64,000 bases of DNA from a virus (IMGVR_UViG_2852743531_000003:76993-140992), one strand, 5' to 3'; shown: positions 30,989 through 41,499, counted from the stretch's first letter. A program made the numbers and translations. Notes: generated by a model from the sequence alone, not told the origin.

Positions 30989-31396
30989 GTGTCGTATAAC
31001 TACCAGATCGGGCAGGTCCTCACATTCGATGTGTACCCTGCTCCCGTGCTCGGCAACAATTTCCAGAATGCAACCGTGCAGGGCATCCTGAACCAGGAAA
31101 GCGCCAATCAGGTGATCGACACGGTGGGGATGCATATCAAGGTCTGGCCCTGGCTTGAAGCTCAGGGCACGCCCAACGATCCATCACAGTACAACTACAT
31201 CAAGATCAGAACGCAGTCGGGATCGGTGACCGCGCTGGGGATGCCGTGGATCAACGAAAGCACCATCCGCGCCTCCACGAGCCAGACCATCACGGCACTC
31301 ATCGGCAACGTCACGGCGGGCGATATCCAGGGTGTGCAGAACGCGCTGATCAGCAATGGGTACACCGCGATCGACGTTTCTATCTCAAGCTCGTGA
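30989..31396 (+). CDS. conserved phiKZ-like small protein (gp49 position)
   Basis: GGAGG RBS, GTG start; FDVYP.PVLG..F, GTPNDP..Y.Y, LGMPWI segments. Confidence 0.65.
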   Translation: MSYNYQIGQVLTFDVYPAPVLGNNFQNATVQGILNQESANQVIDTVGMHIKVWPWLEAQGTPNDPSQYNYIKIRTQSGSVTALGMPWINESTIRASTSQTITALIGNVTAGDIQGVQNALISNGYTAIDVSISSS

Positions 31397-31779
31397 ATCA
31401 GGTCACGCGCCTGAAACGACGCTTCTTTTTTTGGATACTTTTTACAGGCATTCACCATGATGTGTGGGGCAATCGCGCATCTTATGGCTTGGATACAGCA
31501 CAGATTGCGGGTGGTAGAAAGGGCATGGGCCGTGTCCGGTTTGCCTGCTGGCCGACGCGACAGGCAACGTCGCGTCGAGGCAGGAACTTCAGTGGGGACT
31601 GAGGAAGTGCCGCCGGAGACAACGTAGTTATCGTGCGCGCAACCGCCGTGGCGATCTTATCCTTGGGGTCGCCCGCAGCGGGACTGGGCGTGATGGCGTC
31701 TGGCGTGCGCAGGTGCGTTGTCTTCTCCAGCGTGGAGGTGGGCCGCAGGTCACACTGCGGCCCACCTCCTTTTTTTCCG

Positions 31780-32214
31780 CTAACGGGTCTGCTCACCCAG
31801 CATCGTGCCCCTGCAATCATCGCCGCCGCACCGGCATGCATACTCCGCGAGCGTTGCCTCATCCAGACCGGCGTCCACTTCGAGCGCGTAATTGATGAAG
31901 AGCTCTTCTCCGGGATCGATGTCGCGTGTGGCTTCGATATAGACGCGTCCGCCCTCTTCTTCGATGGCCTCACAGTTTGCGGCGCAGGAATGGTTCAGCC
32001 ACCGCGTCGCGTTACCACCACGGCCACCGTCGATTACCCGCCCATCAGAACGCCCGAAAAGAAACGTGTGCCCCTCGTGCTGATGGCGCGACGCCTCCTT
32101 CCACGTCGTCACCAGCCCTTTGTATTCAAGAATGCGCTCTCCGGTGATGAGCGGGCGAAGCGCGAATACTCCCTTGCCGTGTATCGAGGAGCGCCTGACA
32201 GTGACACGTTTCAT
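31780..32214 (-). CDS. SET-domain protein-lysine methyltransferase with post-SET Cys cluster
   Basis: SSIHGKGVFA, RWLNHSC, GEELFINY, CRCG..DCRG. Confidence 0.92.
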   Translation of the reverse strand: MKRVTVRRSSIHGKGVFALRPLITGERILEYKGLVTTWKEASRHQHEGHTFLFGRSDGRVIDGGRGGNATRWLNHSCAANCEAIEEEGGRVYIEATRDIDPGEELFINYALEVDAGLDEATLAEYACRCGGDDCRGTMLGEQTR

Positions 32215-32354
32215 GTTTTCTGAAGATGGAAAGTTATCTGAAGTATAGCTTGCGAACTACCGCCCGGAAGGGCCGCGCGGGATCGTCCATCAGGTGACAT
32301 GCAAACTTTTACCGGCGCTGGGGATGGTGTGCCAGATCTCATGGATGGCAAGAC

Positions 32355-34556
32355 ATGGGCAATGCGACCCCCACCCCTTTTACTCTGCGCGCCGATCAGT
32401 ACGCGAGAGATATCGACGTGCTCGGGCACTATGTCCGGCAGACCGTCAGCTACCTGACAGCAATGACGGGGGCATCCCGCGACGAATGCCTGAGGTTCGT
32501 TCAGTCAAACCTTGAGTCCGATGGTACGTTTGCCTTTCAGGACCCAGATGTCACTTACCTTCAGCGCAATGAGCGCGGCGACCGGGAACTCAGGACGGGC
32601 ACACTGCAGGCCTTTCTCGCGACGACCGTCGCGCAACGTGAACTGATTGCCCCGACTTTCACGACCTATCTTCATCCGCAGGTCAGGGAGTCGCTGCTGA
32701 CCGGCTTTATCGGGGCGAACAAGGTGCAGCGGGGCGTCGCCAAACGCGCAATGTTCCAGGCGCGCAGCGACGGCAACACGCTGCTCGAGATCCTCAAGGA
32801 TAACGAGCAGACCAACATGAAGCTCGCGAGCAATGCCTGCTCGGGCGCGCACGTTTCTGCTTCCACGCCCCTCTTCAACCTCTCGGCGCACTCCACCCTC
32901 ACCTCAAACTGCCGCGTCACTGCGAGCTACGGTTCCGCGAACAACGAGAAGCTGCTCGCTGGCAACCGCCACTACTGGTCGCCCGACGTCGTGAAAAACA
33001 ACATCACGTCGATCAGGTTGAATACCGACTACGGGGCGCTTGATGCCGCCATGAAGCGTCACGGTATCCGGCATCCGGAGCTCGAGGAGACGATGGCTTG
33101 CATACTGCGTTCCACCCACTTCTATTTCCGCGACCCCGCACATCATCGGCTCATCGGGCAGTACGTCAGCCAGCTCACGCCAGCCGAGCGCAGTGCGTTC
33201 GTCTACACGGGCGACCTGTATCACCTGCGGTACTACAACGACGCCGTTATCCGTACCTTCATCAGCCGACTGGCTTCGCGCATCGAGCTCGTGCATCCCG
33301 ATCCTGGCACCGTGCTTGCGTCGGCATCACCTGAAGTCATTGCACTCGCTGTGCAGCTGTGTCCACAGGAGATGCGTGGCAGGAAGCTTGACGGGGTTGC
33401 CGGCACAAACGCACATGGCATCGTCGCATCGACCGTCATCAATATCCAGACGGTGCTCGACGAATACCGCGATCTCATCCGCGCGTTCTTTGTCACAAAA
33501 AACGTGCCTGCGTCGGTGGCGGCGTTTCCTGAAAGCATCCGACGTGTGGCGCTGATGGGCGACACGGACTCGACACTCTTTACGGTCCAGGAGTGGGTGA
33601 TCTGGTTCAACGATGGGCGTCTGGGGTTCGATGCGCGCTCGCAGGCCGTGGCCGCGGTCCTCGTGTTCCTTGCCTCCATGACGGTGGCGCATCTGCTCGC
33701 ACGAATGTCGGCCAACTTTGGTGTCGAGGAACAGCGCCTGTTCGATACCGTGATGAAAAACGAATACCGGTTTGTCACCTTCACGCCAACACCCGTTGCC
33801 AAACACTATTACGCGCTCATCGACTGCCGCGAAGGCCAGCTTTACACCGAGCCCGAAGCGGAGATCAAGGGCGTGCATCTGAAGTCGTCGAGTGCTCCGC
33901 CGGCCGTCACGGCACGCGCAAAACTGCTCATGATCGACATCATGAAAACGGTCGCGCATGAGGAGAAGCTCTCGATCATGAAGATCCTCGGCGAGATATC
34001 AGCGATCGAACACGACATCATCGACTCGATCATGAAACGCTCGAGCTGCGAGTATTTCCGTATCGGACAGATCAAGCCCGCGGGGGCCTATACGCTGCCG
34101 CCCGAGCGGTCCGTTTACGCGCACTATCTATTCTGGAACGCCACCTTCGGGATGAAGTACGGCATGGCGGGAACACCCCCCTATACAGCGATCAAGATTC
34201 CGGTCGACATGGGCTCGCCGGCACGCATCAAGGCGTGGCTCACGGCAATGGCCGACCAGGAACTGGCAGCACGTCTTGGCGCATGGCTCGCTTCGCACGG
34301 CAGAAGTTCGCTCACGACTTTCTACGTTCCAGAAGAAGCCATTCATGCGGGAGGTGTTCCACGTGAAATCCTTGAACGCGTTGCCATTCGCAAGCTCGTG
34401 AAGGACACCATGAAGACTTTCTACCTGGTGCTCGAAAGTCTCGGTGTCGCCATGGAGAACAGGCAGATCACGCGGCTCGTGAGCGACGACTATCCGCCTC
34501 TCGTGAAAGCAACGGCAGCCGATGGCACTGCGCTGCTAAACACAATGACGGCATAG
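32355..34556 (+). CDS. family B DNA polymerase catalytic subunit (phiKZ gp50-like)
   Basis: motif B KLASNACSG, HSTLTS.CR, motif C GDTDST, MKNEY, EIKGVHLK. Confidence 0.85.
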   Translation: MGNATPTPFTLRADQYARDIDVLGHYVRQTVSYLTAMTGASRDECLRFVQSNLESDGTFAFQDPDVTYLQRNERGDRELRTGTLQAFLATTVAQRELIAPTFTTYLHPQVRESLLTGFIGANKVQRGVAKRAMFQARSDGNTLLEILKDNEQTNMKLASNACSGAHVSASTPLFNLSAHSTLTSNCRVTASYGSANNEKLLAGNRHYWSPDVVKNNITSIRLNTDYGALDAAMKRHGIRHPELEETMACILRSTHFYFRDPAHHRLIGQYVSQLTPAERSAFVYTGDLYHLRYYNDAVIRTFISRLASRIELVHPDPGTVLASASPEVIALAVQLCPQEMRGRKLDGVAGTNAHGIVASTVINIQTVLDEYRDLIRAFFVTKNVPASVAAFPESIRRVALMGDTDSTLFTVQEWVIWFNDGRLGFDARSQAVAAVLVFLASMTVAHLLARMSANFGVEEQRLFDTVMKNEYRFVTFTPTPVAKHYYALIDCREGQLYTEPEAEIKGVHLKSSSAPPAVTARAKLLMIDIMKTVAHEEKLSIMKILGEISAIEHDIIDSIMKRSSCEYFRIGQIKPAGAYTLPPERSVYAHYLFWNATFGMKYGMAGTPPYTAIKIPVDMGSPARIKAWLTAMADQELAARLGAWLASHGRSSLTTFYVPEEAIHAGGVPREILERVAIRKLVKDTMKTFYLVLESLGVAMENRQITRLVSDDYPPLVKATAADGTALLNTMTA

Positions 34557-34595
34557 AGGCCGCGCGGCATCTGCCGTGGCCTGTCGGGAATAAAC

Positions 34596-34931
34596 GTGGA
34601 GACGAACGTGAAGACACCCTTTGCCCAGCGTACACGTGAACACTGGGAAAGTTCACCCATCGAGACAGATGACCTTCCGTGCGGCTGGACTGACGTACTG
34701 ATCCAGCTGATCGAGAACGGACCCGTAGACGATGGTGATGTTGCGAGCAAGCCTGCCCGTGACGCACTGATCGAATGCGGCTTCGCTGCAAAGGTCATTA
34801 TTGGCCAGCAGGAAGCCGGCACGTGCGCCACATACTACGGCCGCGAACTTTACTGCCAGCTCATTGACGAATGGGGGCTGCACGAGGCCATCGCGAAGCG
34901 TCAGGCAACATCGGCTCTGAAACGTTATTGA
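34596..34931 (+). CDS. hypothetical protein
   Basis: 111 aa ORF filling the gap between convergent genes. Confidence 0.45.
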   Translation: METNVKTPFAQRTREHWESSPIETDDLPCGWTDVLIQLIENGPVDDGDVASKPARDALIECGFAAKVIIGQQEAGTCATYYGRELYCQLIDEWGLHEAIAKRQATSALKRY

Positions 34932-34958
34932 ATGACCCGGTGCGCAATCTACCAGTAC

Positions 34959-36077
34959 TCACGCAAGACTCGTGCTATCCGCGTGGACAGGATTTGCCTT
35001 GTGACGGATTGCATCGAACTCGTCGAGTACCGCCTGGTATGTAAGCGCATTCATCACGCCTTCGAAAAGACGCTCCTGCTGCCAGCCAAGAAAGGTGCGG
35101 TTCAGCAGGTTGATTTCCGACTGGTTAAGCGTACCTGGCGTGTCACCCGATGCGCCCAGTACGAAGTCGAGCATCGGCAGGCGAGCGATGGCGAGCGCCC
35201 ACATGACCTGTCTCGTCGGCGCCATGTCAGGTAGATGCATGGCCTCTTCAAGAGTGTGATGTGCTGCTACCGGCACGCTTTGTAAAACCCCGATGAAATT
35301 CTTGCGTTGCCTTGTGAGGCCCACTAGGATTTCTTCATAGCAGTGATCAAGTCGCACCGAGTAATCGGCCAGCGCAAACGGATGTTTCCGTGTCGACCAC
35401 CCCGCAGGTACACGCGCCTGCAGGCGGCGAATCCGGTTAAGGAGAGTTTGATCGAGTTGACTGAAGAGCATGTTGGGTAGCACGAACCTGTGCACGAACA
35501 TCGTGACGGACTTTTCATCCACGCGACCCGCGCTTCTTTTTTCTTCTTCACGAAACGCGCGATACTGAACCATCAGCATGGGAAGATTGATAGCGATTAC
35601 AGCCATTCCCGTTTCCGACCCTGTGAAGTGACCGTCGGGTAAATTCATTTCCAGATCACTTCTGGCATGTCTCAATACACGTAGAGGTGTGGCATTGCGC
35701 CAATCCCGATGGGCCAGCGCGAGATCAAAGTACTCCGTATGGACAACGAGTATCTCGTCATGGCCCGCGCCGTAAAACTCACCGTTCCAGACTTTTCCCC
35801 TGAATATCGAGGACGTCATTTTCATTGCCATCGACAGGTTGAGCGCCATCGCGTCGACATTGGCATGGTAACGCTCGAGCGCGAGTGAGAGCGGAACATC
35901 GACGCTCTGAACCAGTTTCACCAACGGATGACTGCTTTTGACTGCCCCCGGCGCATGCCGGTAGTACCGGATGACCTGTCCCAGATTGCGACGCAGGCCA
36001 TCCCGGATGGCGTGCCACGCTCCCGGCACCTGAATGCCCTGGAGCGAGCGTGGTGACAGGTTGAATAGCGTGTGCAT
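34959..36077 (-). CDS. conserved phiKZ-like virion protein (gp52 position)
   Basis: starts MHTLF at 36077; reverse-strand gene between DNA polymerase and chimallin as in phiKZ-like order. Confidence 0.65.
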   Translation of the reverse strand: MHTLFNLSPRSLQGIQVPGAWHAIRDGLRRNLGQVIRYYRHAPGAVKSSHPLVKLVQSVDVPLSLALERYHANVDAMALNLSMAMKMTSSIFRGKVWNGEFYGAGHDEILVVHTEYFDLALAHRDWRNATPLRVLRHARSDLEMNLPDGHFTGSETGMAVIAINLPMLMVQYRAFREEEKRSAGRVDEKSVTMFVHRFVLPNMLFSQLDQTLLNRIRRLQARVPAGWSTRKHPFALADYSVRLDHCYEEILVGLTRQRKNFIGVLQSVPVAAHHTLEEAMHLPDMAPTRQVMWALAIARLPMLDFVLGASGDTPGTLNQSEINLLNRTFLGWQQERLFEGVMNALTYQAVLDEFDAIRHKANPVHADSTSLA

Positions 36078-36394
36078 GGTTCGATATATCGGATGACAGA
36101 ACTTCGCCCATAACATTGAAGCGACCCCGTGCCGGCACCCAGTACGGGATGCGCCGGACGCGTGCGCGGGTTGCTGTCCACCCATTGGAGAGAACTGCGT
36201 CGGGTAAGAATTTACCGCCGCTGTCTATATCCTTTGGAGGGGACACTTCGCATTCCTTTCCATCTGGCTGACCGAAACAGGCCCGGCCAGGGAATGCCGT
36301 GTCATGTCTCTTTGAACAGATGTGATCTTCCGAACGCCTGAGCGCACTTGCGTGATATCGGCGCGGGTGGTTCGATTCAACGGAATTTCACTGA

Positions 36395-36409
36395 TATATC
36401 ACCTCATTG
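36395..36409 (+). promoter_or_regulatory. TATATCAC-N6-G promoter motif upstream of chimallin
   Basis: exact motif about 60 bp before ATG 36468. Confidence 0.7.
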
Positions 36410-36467
36410 TCATTAGCAGGACTGCTAAGGACCACATGTGTGTTTAACCCAATCGCAAGGAAAAGCC

Positions 36468-38516
36468 ATGGCAGTGAATCAACCTTCGAAGAATGCTGCG
36501 CGCGACGCGGGCGCGGACCCGGGCATGGTGCATGCATTCAATCAGGGAATGGATCCCGAAGGCCAGCAGCAGGAGCAGGCACCCGGCGCATCCGCTTCCC
36601 GGACCCGTGGCCAGAGCGGCCAGTTCTCGTTCACGTCGGCCAATGATTACGTCCCGTCCGTGATCTCCCGGCACAAGGGCGGTGAGGCTCTCGGGAAGAT
36701 CACCGAGATGCTCAGGAGCGAGTTCAAGGAACGAGATCCGGACCACGAACTGGAGCTCATCCCGATCAACTGGAAAGATACCGTTGACCTGTATTTCTCG
36801 GCCGTAGTGGTCACCCTGCGCCACAAGGCCTGGCTCGACCGTGGCGTCGCCTACTACACCCTCATCATCGAGGGCTCGGCGCCGGCACTGGAGTCTGTGT
36901 CGCGCTTTGTGGCCAACGAGACCATCACCGAGCTGCGGCTGACCGGCGATACGAACAACCAGATACTCAACAACGAAGTCAGGAATCGCCTCGAGAAGGT
37001 GTACCCGATGGTTCCGCAATGGGGCGCCGGTGTCTGCGTGGTACCGCGTGACTTCAACCCGGCGAACGAAGAGCTCGCGCACAAGCTGGCCGTCTGTGCC
37101 GGCAACGCGTGCTCGTCCGAGCTCTCACGTAACAAGCCGGGCGGATGGCATGACCTGAACCTTGCTGACGCGGTCGGCAACGAGGTCCTGACGGTGCGCC
37201 CGAAGTTCGGCAATGAGCAGATCTACAACGCCGTGGGCCATCCGGTGCGGGCCGATGTCGAAATCCGCACCACGGTTCCTGGCCAGCTGGTCCAGGGCCA
37301 GCAGGATGCGGCCGTGCGCGACACGACCGTCACGCTCGTTCGTGGCTTCGTGGATCTGGTCTGGGCACCGGTTGACCAGCAGAACCAGCCCTACGCCCAG
37401 TGGGTTGCGCCACAGCAACTTCAACCGGGTGGCGTCCATCCGTCGCAGTACCAGAAGTACCTGCCGCGGTTTGTGGCAACACAAAGCGAGTCGGAGAAGG
37501 TGCCCACCCTCGGCGGCCAGCTACTCTCGCTCGTTTCTGCGGCGTGTCTGTCCACGAACATGCTGTGGGCTGAAGCCTTCCGTCCTGCGAAGGAGCGCAG
37601 CGGTGGCAGCGACGTCGACTGGAAAAATATCGGGGCGCTCAATATCGAAGCGAACTTCGAGAATAGTGCAACGGGTTACGGCGTGCCTCTGGACAGCACG
37701 CTCGATTCATTCACCCGGCAGAACCCCCAGAATGGCAGCGAGTTCCACAAGCTCATCGCCAGCACGATCCGGCAGCGGCTGGCCGTCTCGGTCGACATCC
37801 CCGAGTGCGGTCCGGAGACGGCGCTCTCTGAGGCGATCCTGCTCGCCGGCGACAGCGACGCCGAAAACCGCCGTACGGGCAACCGGATGCTCGTCGGCTC
37901 CTCCATGGACCTGACCAACGGCCTGTTCGTCAAGAACTACATGGCTCTCGTCGATACCCTGGCGCGGCAACAGCATCCGGACGCCCTGAGCCGACAACGG
38001 CTGCAGCTGGAGGACCACCGGCTCGTGACCGACGAGTACAACCGGATTCACCTCGGTTACTTCATCTACAGGACCGGCGAGAAGCTCGATATCCGCTTTA
38101 TCGACTATCTCGCGCTGCTGGCAACCCAGGGCACCAGCAACCACCAGGATGTCCTCGAATGGTCCGATACCTTCTCCGACGTCAACCTGCCGCTGAACCT
38201 GCGGATTTCCCGCCGCCAGAAGATCATCGAGGGAATCGTTGGCGAACGCAACGTGACGTACACGGGCTTTGCGCGTCGCTGCACGCTCGACAACATCTTC
38301 TTCACTGCGCTCCTGATGTCGATTGCCGAACTCAAGATCAAGATGAACGTCGACTCGGTGGCCGGCCATCAGCCGCAGTACCGGCGCCCGATCAATCCGT
38401 TCGTCGCAGACGCCGCCCTCGATCCCGGTATCAATCTCGGGCTCTTTGGCTCCAGCTACGCAGGGCCGTCGCAGCAGTACGGCAACCGTGCGGGCTTTAA
38501 CCGCTTCATGTACTGA
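36468..38516 (+). CDS. chmA: chimallin, phage nuclear shell protein (phiKZ gp54-like)
   Basis: 682 aa; G.PVRADV, GFVDLVW, W..AFRP, IGALN, S.DIPECGP, RIHLGY, DIR.IDYLA, TG.ARR segments match recalled ChmA; lies directly upstream of the RNAP beta' gene; own promoter motif and terminator. Confidence 0.82.
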   Translation: MAVNQPSKNAARDAGADPGMVHAFNQGMDPEGQQQEQAPGASASRTRGQSGQFSFTSANDYVPSVISRHKGGEALGKITEMLRSEFKERDPDHELELIPINWKDTVDLYFSAVVVTLRHKAWLDRGVAYYTLIIEGSAPALESVSRFVANETITELRLTGDTNNQILNNEVRNRLEKVYPMVPQWGAGVCVVPRDFNPANEELAHKLAVCAGNACSSELSRNKPGGWHDLNLADAVGNEVLTVRPKFGNEQIYNAVGHPVRADVEIRTTVPGQLVQGQQDAAVRDTTVTLVRGFVDLVWAPVDQQNQPYAQWVAPQQLQPGGVHPSQYQKYLPRFVATQSESEKVPTLGGQLLSLVSAACLSTNMLWAEAFRPAKERSGGSDVDWKNIGALNIEANFENSATGYGVPLDSTLDSFTRQNPQNGSEFHKLIASTIRQRLAVSVDIPECGPETALSEAILLAGDSDAENRRTGNRMLVGSSMDLTNGLFVKNYMALVDTLARQQHPDALSRQRLQLEDHRLVTDEYNRIHLGYFIYRTGEKLDIRFIDYLALLATQGTSNHQDVLEWSDTFSDVNLPLNLRISRRQKIIEGIVGERNVTYTGFARRCTLDNIFFTALLMSIAELKIKMNVDSVAGHQPQYRRPINPFVADAALDPGINLGLFGSSYAGPSQQYGNRAGFNRFMY

Positions 38517-38528
38517 AGCATCCAGACT

Positions 38529-38563
38529 GCCGGCAGGGGAGGCTTCCCCTGCCGGCGTTTTTT
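38529..38563 (+). terminator. intrinsic terminator after chimallin
   Basis: GCCGGCAGGGGA/TCCCCTGCCGGC stem followed by GTTTTTT. Confidence 0.85.
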
Positions 38564-38688
38564 CCGCCACAGCAAGGATGTTCCGGCGCAATGACAGCAA
38601 CACCGTCGAACGACAGGCATTTTTTTATTGAACCGGGCAATCCAGTGCAGCAACCGCCCTTCCCAGGTGCCCCTGCTGGAGAACCAAC

Positions 38689-40188
38689 GTGGCAATCAGT
38701 TCCCGACTCGTCAGTCACGATGAGATCTTTCATTACCGTACGTCGCGCGAACCCATCATCATCAATGATCTTCCCGACATCACCAGCGAAGAGAAGGAGC
38801 ACGTCGATAACCTCATATTCACCCGCTACGATCTCATCCACTCGGATTCTCTCTCGAACATCCCGTCGTGCGCATGCGGCAACACCCTCGGCGTCGACAA
38901 GCTTGGCGACGGCCGCGGCGTTCCTGCGATGGTCTGCCCCGACTGCCACACCGAGGTCACCGCCCCCTACCAGGGCGATCTGGAGCCGCTCATCTGGCTG
39001 CGTGCGCCAAGAGGCGTCAAGGCGCTCATCAACCCGCATGTCTGGACCATGCTGCGCGAGGGATTCCAGAAGAACAGTTTCGATGTGATCCGGTGGCTCT
39101 GCGATCGCACCTGGAAAGCACCAGTCAGGGAACCGCCGGTGATGGAGGCGATCCGCTCATCGGGACTGCCACGGGGCTACAACAACTTCGTGGAGAATTT
39201 CGACGCCATCATGGCCTTCCTGTTCAACCTGAAGGACTACGCGAAGAAGGAGCTCGCGCCCCTCAAGGCGTGCCTCGAGCAGTACCGGCACTGCGTCTTC
39301 TCGCAGTACCTGCCACTACCAAACCGGTCGCTGCTGGTGCTCGAAGACACGCATCACGCGGGCTACACCGACAGCACGACGCCCATCGCGGTGGACGCCA
39401 TTCGCATGATGGTGGGAATTGATTCCCCGATGTCGCCTCACTCGGACATCGTGCGCGAGAACCGCACCATCCGCATGATTGCCCAGACGGCTGAATACTA
39501 CGACATCGCCATACGTGACCTGCTTGCGTCGAAGACCGGCGTGTACCGCAAGAACATGTACGGCACGCGCTGCCACTTCGCGTTCCGGGCCGTCATCAGT
39601 TCGTACACCGACCCGCACGACTATACCGGGGTGCATATCCCGTGGAGCGTCGGCGTCGTCGTGTTCGAGTTGCATCTGAAGAATTTCCTGCTTCGCGAAG
39701 GCATGACGCCGTGGGAAGCCGAGACCTATCTGAACGCGCACGTCAATCAGTACAGCGAGAAGCTTGACCACTTCTTCCAGCGGATCATCGCGGGTTCGCG
39801 CGGGCCAGGTGTGCCGGTGACCATGCAGCGCAACCCGAGCCTGCACCGCGCAAGTATCCAGCTGCTCTTCATCACGCGCGTCACCACCGACGTGAGCGTG
39901 CCAACCGTCTTCTTCAGCATTCTCGATGTGACCGGGCCGAATGCCGACTTCGACGGCGACATGATGAATCTCGTGCTGACGCTCGATCACGTACTGACCG
40001 ACGAGCTCTACAGCCTGATGCCGCATCAGAGCACCTTCAGCATGAACGAGCCGCGTGCCCTCTCGAAGAATCTCTCGATGCCGAAGACCGTCGTGCTCAC
40101 GATCAGCAACTGGATCCACTGGCCGGAACCCGATACACCCGATCCAGAAGTGCTGCGGCGCATGGCACTTATCCCCGAAGCTGCCTGA
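38689..40188 (+). CDS. non-virion RNA polymerase beta' N-terminal/catalytic subunit (gp55-like)
   Basis: Zn ligands CACG...CPDC; F.FRAVI; QRNPSLHR; catalytic NADFDGD. Confidence 0.92.
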   Translation: MAISSRLVSHDEIFHYRTSREPIIINDLPDITSEEKEHVDNLIFTRYDLIHSDSLSNIPSCACGNTLGVDKLGDGRGVPAMVCPDCHTEVTAPYQGDLEPLIWLRAPRGVKALINPHVWTMLREGFQKNSFDVIRWLCDRTWKAPVREPPVMEAIRSSGLPRGYNNFVENFDAIMAFLFNLKDYAKKELAPLKACLEQYRHCVFSQYLPLPNRSLLVLEDTHHAGYTDSTTPIAVDAIRMMVGIDSPMSPHSDIVRENRTIRMIAQTAEYYDIAIRDLLASKTGVYRKNMYGTRCHFAFRAVISSYTDPHDYTGVHIPWSVGVVVFELHLKNFLLREGMTPWEAETYLNAHVNQYSEKLDHFFQRIIAGSRGPGVPVTMQRNPSLHRASIQLLFITRVTTDVSVPTVFFSILDVTGPNADFDGDMMNLVLTLDHVLTDELYSLMPHQSTFSMNEPRALSKNLSMPKTVVLTISNWIHWPEPDTPDPEVLRRMALIPEAA

Positions 40189-40296
40189 GGTACCTGAGCG
40201 AATGGCGCTGCCTTAATGCAGCCCGATCAATCAGGATCACAACCCATCAATCAAGGAAGAAACGACCATGTCTGAATGTTATCTCCGGAGGCAGCC

Positions 40297-40914
40297 ATGA
40301 TGCTCACCGCAGGCGACGAGAGTGATTTTGATGCGCTTGTCTATGGCGGCAGCAAGCATCCCGGCACGATCGCCTATCTCCAGAAGCAGCTGGAACCGTT
40401 CAGTGGCGGGCTAACCGAGTTTGGCAGACAGTTCGCCGGTTCAGCGCGCAACCTCTTCGATGCGTTCAACGGATCCGAAGCCATGCGGCTCGCCCGTGCG
40501 GCCGTACGGCGTGTCGACAGCCTGTTCATGAGCGACACGATCCAGACGATCTGGGACATCGGCAGGCTGCAGAACGCGCCCCTGACCATGCAGCGCTGGA
40601 TCATGGCCGAGCCTGAGACCCGAAGGCTTTATCACCAGCAACGCTGCGACGGCTATTCAGAAAGCTACGTCGATATGGACCCCGGCCTGAGTGGCGAGGA
40701 CCACTACGACTGGCGCCGCATCCATGACGGCGTGGCGCAGGAAACGGCCGACGGTCAGGTGGTGTTCGAACAATACTGGGAACCGCTCAGAGATGGCGAC
40801 CGGCATCTGGAGCTCGACGAACAGAGCGACATCATCGCCACGCACGAGTTCGCCCGCGCGTATGCGCTCGCCGGCAAGGAGGATCACACGAGCAAGGAAG
40901 GGGGCATGCTGTAG
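40297..40914 (+). CDS. conserved chimallivirus protein (gp59/Imp3 position)
   Basis: GGAGG RBS; LQNAP..MQRWIMA.P, CDGYS.SY.D, HYDWRR segments; assignment positional. Confidence 0.55.
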   Translation: MMLTAGDESDFDALVYGGSKHPGTIAYLQKQLEPFSGGLTEFGRQFAGSARNLFDAFNGSEAMRLARAAVRRVDSLFMSDTIQTIWDIGRLQNAPLTMQRWIMAEPETRRLYHQQRCDGYSESYVDMDPGLSGEDHYDWRRIHDGVAQETADGQVVFEQYWEPLRDGDRHLELDEQSDIIATHEFARAYALAGKEDHTSKEGGML

Positions 40915-41052
40915 TCGCCAGTCTGATACCCGGCAGCCGCACCAACGCGCCTGCCGGGTACCGTCCCACTGCTCACCCGAGGCAACGACGCGGCCACCTT
41001 TCTCCAGAAGGCCACCCGCCTTTAGCGTGAATTCGCGTGCAGGTAACCCATC

Positions 41053-41499
41053 ATGACCACGCCCGTACCGACACTCTCGACCGCTGGCTGGATCGTTTCG
41101 CCCCAGCAGAAGGCTGACCGGTTAATGGCTCATCTGTACGAGAGCCAGGCCAACCAGTCGTACATTTTCAACGGCAACGTAACGAGCCTGCAGTACCTCA
41201 TCGCGAAGAACGCGGGCAACATTCCCGGTACCTGCACTGCGCTGCAGGCCGCCCTGACCTCCTTTTTTTCGCGCTACTACGATCTCGCGAGCGTGCAGGT
41301 CGCGAGCGACGATGTGCTGAATGGTAACGAAAGCAGCCTGATCACGCTCTACGTCTATGCGGAGCTCACCGAGGATGGCGTCGTGTATCCGCTCAGCGGC
41401 CTGATCGAGCTGTCCAGTTCAAGACTGGTGCGTGTGCTGGCGCTGAACAATGCCGGCGTCACGGCAGCGCAGACAGTGCTTCAGGACATCGCGTCATGA
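41053..41499 (+). CDS. conserved phiKZ-like protein
   Basis: PTLS..GW, NQSY.F.G.VTSL.Y segments. Confidence 0.6.
   Translation: MTTPVPTLSTAGWIVSPQQKADRLMAHLYESQANQSYIFNGNVTSLQYLIAKNAGNIPGTCTALQAALTSFFSRYYDLASVQVASDDVLNGNESSLITLYVYAELTEDGVVYPLSGLIELSSSRLVRVLALNNAGVTAAQTVLQDIAS

Noticed and set aside
31449-31463. GCATTCAC-N6-G as another early promoter
   Set aside because: Too many mismatches to TATATCAC to count, although its position upstream of the SET insert and DNA polymerase is suggestive
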